Source of the DNA: Acidobacteriota bacterium | GTDB taxonomy: Bacteria > Acidobacteriota > Thermoanaerobaculia > Gp7-AA8 | DNA: 39,754 bases | Assembly: GCA_003222375.1 (NCBI GenBank) | Contig: QHVX01000009.1 | Span: 1 to 39,754, forward strand | Direction: 5' to 3' | Shown here: one piece after another, positions 36,108 to 39,754 of the stretch | Layout: each line of letters begins with the position of its first letter | Numbering within the stretch: position 1 is the stretch's first letter | The notes under the pieces: model-generated | Told to the model about the DNA's origin: nothing | The model's database searches: none | Seen by the model: only the letters and a program-made list of their open reading frames with translations | Made by a program: the position numbers and the translations under genes

Positions 36108-36864
36108 TTGCTTCCTGGCTTTCTGGCATACCGATGGAAGGTGCGATAAAACGCGCCTCGCTGGTCGCATTCTCGATGACCGAGGCGTAAACGTAGGTAT
36201 TGGGGGCGCTGGTTTCGACGACCACGTTGAAGTTGTCGCCTTTCGCGATCAGGGGGAAGAGCGTCTGGATCGAGGTGTGCGCGAGGGAATTCGCTCCGAT
36301 TGCAATCCGCGCGACCGCGATGTTGCGTCCGGCTACCCGCTGCACGGCTAGTGTGAATGTCGCCTCGCGGTCGCCCAGGTTGACGAGGCCGAGGTTGGTG
36401 CGAAAGACGTCGCTGAACGAAAGATTGTTCAGCGTACGGAACGGATACGACGCATCGTTGTAGATGACCGGGATGGGCTCCGGCCGCGTGATGTCGGTGC
36501 CGCGGATCGCATACGCATTGGCTGCCACGCGCACGGAACGTTTCCCCATCGTCTCGACGATCAGCGGCGAGAGCGCGGCCTCCATCCCAAATGCCTGAGC
36601 GACGACGTCGGCAAATCGCTGTGTTCCGCCGCCGGGAAGCGTGAACGCAATTGTCGGCTGGTCTGGTGCCGTCGGGAGACGGAGAGCGACGAACAATTCC
36701 TCGCGGCCGTCGTTGTGCAGTTCGACGTCGGTTTTCCAACGGACCTCGTTCGGACCGGTGACGCTGCCGACGATCGGCACCAGGACGCTCACGCTTTGTG
36801 GCGTCTGCGCAAGTGCAGGCGCGGCAAGCAAAAGCGTGGCTAAGAATGGCCGCAACATATCCAT
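36070..36864 (-). CDS. secreted single-domain protein, paralogous to the duplicated C-terminal domain of the giant protein at 282-4949
   Basis: It has a signal peptide (LLLAAPALAQ). Motifs shared with both domains of the giant protein are VP.VG......W.TDV.L.N, FRTNLGL and VYASVIEN.T.E. Its ATG overlaps the upstream stop in a TAATG arrangement. Confidence 0.7.
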   Translation of the reverse strand: MDMLRPFLATLLLAAPALAQTPQSVSVLVPIVGSVTGPNEVRWKTDVELHNDGREELFVALRLPTAPDQPTIAFTLPGGGTQRFADVVAQAFGMEAALSPLIVETMGKRSVRVAANAYAIRGTDITRPEPIPVIYNDASYPFRTLNNLSFSDVFRTNLGLVNLGDREATFTLAVQRVAGRNIAVARIAIGANSLAHTSIQTLFPLIAKGDNFNVVVETSAPNTYVYASVIENATSEARFIAPSIGMPESQEARQEAGGRRQKEK

Positions 36865-37677
36865 TAGACGAATCGCGGGTGGAGAAGACGCGCGATGACG
36901 ACCGCGACTTTAGCGAACGGACTGAGCGAAAGCCGTTCGCGAAGCACCACCAGCGGATTGCGTCTCAGACGCCCGAGAACAGTGGCGTAGATTCCGCCCA
37001 TCAGCAAAACCGGGAAACGCGCGTCGAACGACACCTCGCGAAGCAGCGGCTCGGCAGCGCGGAAATACGACTCGGCCCGCGCGATCTGAAACTCGATGAG
37101 CTGCCGCGTGCCGTCATTCGCGTCGAAACTTTTCACACCGAAGCGGCAGAGCTCATCCTGCGGGATGTACACGCGATCGCGACGGAGATCGTCGCCGATG
37201 TCGCGAGTGACGTTGGTGAGCTGCAGGGCCGTCGCGAGTTTTCTTCCGTGCTCGACGGCCTAGGGAGATGTCGGAGATCGACCACGCCACCAGCTCGCAA
37301 TATCGAAGCAGCTCGTCGAAATTCGCGTAGCGCGTCTTGACGAGATCCTGCCGGCAACCCTCGATCAGCGCAACGAACGCCGACTTCGGGATGTTGAAGT
37401 ACCGCAGTGCGTCCGCGAGCGCGATCGTGATCGGATGCGAAGGGTGTCCGTCGTAGCAGCGATCGAGCTCCCGTTGCCAGTCATCGAGTGTAGCGGCGGG
37501 CTTCAGCCCGCCGTCTTCGTCCGCGATATCGTCCGCCCAGCGACAGAACGCGTAAGCGGCGTACACGGCGCGCCGCTTCTGTCGGGGGAGGAATCTAAAT
37601 CCTACTGAAAAATTTGCACCATATTGATGTGCGATTTTTCGGCAGAAGGCATACGACTGATCGAGTGTCGCGCTCAT
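36864..37677 (-). pseudogene. squalene/phytoene synthase family protein (HpnD/CrtB-like) with a frameshift
   Basis: The N-terminal frame reads YAFCRWADDIADE...YANFDELLRYCELVA. The C-terminal frame reads ALQLTNVTRDIGDDLRRDRVYIPQDELCRFGV. The total length is 814 nt, not a multiple of 3. A TAG at 37260-37262 closes the C-terminal frame upstream. Confidence 0.75.
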
Positions 37678-38816
37678 GATGCCGGCCCCAGCGGCGGCAC
37701 TTTCATTTCCGTGTCGCGCGAGCGGCACCAATGCTCGCCAGGTTTGTGTTGACAGCGTCCGCGATGCCGCCAGAAACGCCGCACCATCGGCGCCAGCATC
37801 GACTTCCACGACGGCCGGCGATGCCATTTGCTCAAATAGCCGCGAAAGTCGCGCGCGTGCGCCGCTTGTCGCACGAACATCGCGAGTCCGAAGTTGCCGC
37901 CTGTTTCGTAAAGGAATCGATTGACGAGGCTGGTCTCCTGTTTCGCCCCCAGCTCCGCGCGCCACAGGTCATCGAAGTCGCGTCCTTCGAGAATGCTGCG
38001 CGCTGCGAGGTTGCCACTGGTGAGCGCATAGCGGATGCCGAGGCCGAAGAGGTAGTCCTGAAAACCGGCGGCTTCGCCGACGAAGCGGGCATGATCGCTT
38101 GTCGCCCGCTGCTTGAGATGAAAATTCATGTACGAGTAGCCGGTCCGCGTCTCGGACGGAATCACGAAACGATGCAGCTTCTGCGCTGCGGCCAGCGAAT
38201 GATCGAAATAGTCGTCGATGCGCTTGAAATCGGCGACGATCGCGCAACCGAACGTTGCAAAACCGTCGAGGATGAAAAGATAGGAGTATCCGCCCGGCGA
38301 AAGTTTGTGATCGAAGTAGACATCGACGCGCTCCGGCTCCTCGGTCCGCCACGTCATTTCGCGCGCCAGTCCGTCGGGAGCTGCCGGGCCGGTAGCCACG
38401 ATATCGGCTACGTCGATTCCAAGCCGGCTGTTGAAGGTGACCTTCGCGCCGGCGTCCCGCGCCTGCGCCAGGAGCCCTCGATCGAGCGTCCCTTCTTCCG
38501 CGCCGCGGCGAATGAACCATCCGTACGGCTCGCCGCTGCGAATGACCCGCGGTACGCGGGTGTGATCGTAGAACGTCGCCCAGTCGGCAGGCCGAAAATA
38601 AAAATTGCGCACGATGCCGATGCGATCGAGAAACGTCGGGATGGGCTCGCGCTCGGACGCCGACTCGATGATCTGCAGATCGCCGATGAAGCGCGTTCCG
38701 ACGTCGGGCCGGGCCTCGTGGACCTCCACCGCCCGCCCTCCCTTGGCGAGGGCGATGGCCGCGGCGAGGCCCGATGGCCCCGCGCCTGCAATGCGGATGG
38801 GTTGCATCTGAGTCAT
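37674..38816 (-). CDS. FAD-dependent oxidoreductase (geranylgeranyl-reductase-like)
   Basis: It has IRIAGAGPSGLAAAIALAKGG...VHE (a dinucleotide-binding fold). I prefer the start at ATG 38816. It has an ATGA overlap with the synthase gene downstream. Confidence 0.8.
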   Translation of the reverse strand: MTQMQPIRIAGAGPSGLAAAIALAKGGRAVEVHEARPDVGTRFIGDLQIIESASEREPIPTFLDRIGIVRNFYFRPADWATFYDHTRVPRVIRSGEPYGWFIRRGAEEGTLDRGLLAQARDAGAKVTFNSRLGIDVADIVATGPAAPDGLAREMTWRTEEPERVDVYFDHKLSPGGYSYLFILDGFATFGCAIVADFKRIDDYFDHSLAAAQKLHRFVIPSETRTGYSYMNFHLKQRATSDHARFVGEAAGFQDYLFGLGIRYALTSGNLAARSILEGRDFDDLWRAELGAKQETSLVNRFLYETGGNFGLAMFVRQAAHARDFRGYLSKWHRRPSWKSMLAPMVRRFWRHRGRCQHKPGEHWCRSRDTEMKVPPLGPAS

Positions 38817-38836
38817 CTTATCGTTCTGATACCAAC

Positions 38837-39754
38837 GTGAATTCCGAACCAAGACGTCCACGGGCGGGGTTTGCGGCCCTGGTGGCCGCCGGAATTCTGC
38901 TCAGCCGTCTGTCGGGATTCGTCCGCCAGAAAATTTTCTCGTATTACCTCGGCAATTCCGACGCTGCCGGCGTCTTTTCGGCCGCCTATCGCATCCCCAA
39001 TTTTCTGCAGAACCTGTTTGGCGAAGGCGTCCTCTCCGCCTCGTTCATCCCGGTTTATGCGCGGCTTCTGGCGGAAGGGGAGGAGGAGCTGGCGGGTCGC
39101 GTGGCCGGCATCATCGCTTCGCTATTGGCTCTGACGGTCGCGATTCTAGTCCTCATCGGCGTCCTCCTCACGCCGTGGTTGCTCATCGTGATCGCACCCG
39201 GTTTCAAAGGCGACGCGCGCGAGTTGACCATCGTCGTCGTACGCATTCTTTTCCCGGGCATCGGTCTGCTTGTGATGTCGTCGTGGTGTCTGGGGGTTCT
39301 CAACAGCCACCGGAAATTCTTCATCTCTTACGTCGCGCCGGTGTTGATGAACATCGTGATGATCGCGACGCTGTTGTTTTTCGGAGGTCGCGTGAGCGAC
39401 CGTGACCTCGCGGTGTGGGCTGCCTGGGGAACGGTCATCGGCGCCGCTGCGATGCTCGCGATTCAGTTGCCGTTTGTGTTTCGGTACGCGAAGCATCTGC
39501 GTTTCGCGATCGACACGGCGCTCGAGCCGGTGCGAAACGTCGTGAAGAATTTCATACCGGTTGTCATCGCACGCGGCGTGGTTCAACTCAGCGCCTACCT
39601 GGACAACCTTCTCGCCACACTCCTCGGCACGGCCGCCGCTTCGGGGCTGTCGTACGCGCAATTGATCGCATTGCTGCCGCTGAGCCTATTCGGAATGTCG
39701 GTAGCAGCCGCCGAGCTGCCGCAGATGTCGAGCACCCTCGGCTCTGACGAGGAG
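38837..39754 (+). CDS. murJ: lipid II flippase MurJ (MviN), N-terminal part; continues past the window end
   Basis: My own translation from GTG 38837 reads ...ILLSRLSGFVRQKIFSYYLGNSDAAGVFSAAYRIPNFLQNLFGEGVLSASFIPVYARLL.... This matches the MurJ N-terminal signature (R.LGF.R......G...DAF..AFRIPN.LR.LF.EGA.S.AF.PV). It is not in the ORF track because there is no stop in the window. Confidence 0.85.
   Translation, partial: MNSEPRRPRAGFAALVAAGILLSRLSGFVRQKIFSYYLGNSDAAGVFSAAYRIPNFLQNLFGEGVLSASFIPVYARLLAEGEEELAGRVAGIIASLLALTVAILVLIGVLLTPWLLIVIAPGFKGDARELTIVVVRILFPGIGLLVMSSWCLGVLNSHRKFFISYVAPVLMNIVMIATLLFFGGRVSDRDLAVWAAWGTVIGAAAMLAIQLPFVFRYAKHLRFAIDTALEPVRNVVKNFIPVVIARGVVQLSAYLDNLLATLLGTAAASGLSYAQLIALLPLSLFGMSVAAAELPQMSSTLGSDEE

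Overview
High-GC chromosomal segment. By gene content it looks Acidobacteriota-like: a VWFA-related acidobacterial-type protein, TPR and HAMP Ser/Thr kinases, and a giant Fn3-repeat surface protein. This taxonomic call is inference only. I support about 33 protein genes, one tRNA-Leu(UAA) and several repeat or hairpin elements.

Gene content:
- Core genes: lpdA (partial), thrC, nadA, an acyl-CoA dehydrogenase, prolyl oligopeptidase, udk and murJ (partial).
- An rpsU-mutS2-dnaG-rpoD block on the minus strand.
- A 4-5 gene polyprenyl-phosphate-sugar (Arn-like) glycosylation cluster.
- An FAD oxidoreductase plus squalene/phytoene-synthase pair.

Most notable observations:
1. A perfect 199-bp inverted duplication with a 108-bp spacer lies inside rpoD and splits it into three ORFs.
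2. Two homologous cassettes each place a four-helix-bundle (23S rRNA IVS/Avd-like family) gene in the loop of a long hairpin built from tandem GGACTGA heptamers and their inverted copies. One cassette is degenerate. The other abuts tRNA-Leu.
3. Further palindromes of the same design use different 7-8 nt units. One is inserted in frame inside mutS2. Others supply the last codons or the stop codon of neighbouring genes.
4. Three more conserved genes are broken by single small lesions: udk (in-frame TGA at a conserved Arg), a squalene/phytoene synthase (frameshift) and a cupredoxin-like periplasmic protein (frameshift).
5. Unusual architectures: an MglA-like GTPase with a long coiled-coil tail and no MglB partner, a HAMP/degenerate-cyclase/Ser-Thr-kinase fusion, and an uncharacterised ~230-aa beta-rich domain present three times.

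All homology statements come from reading translations by eye. No database search was run.
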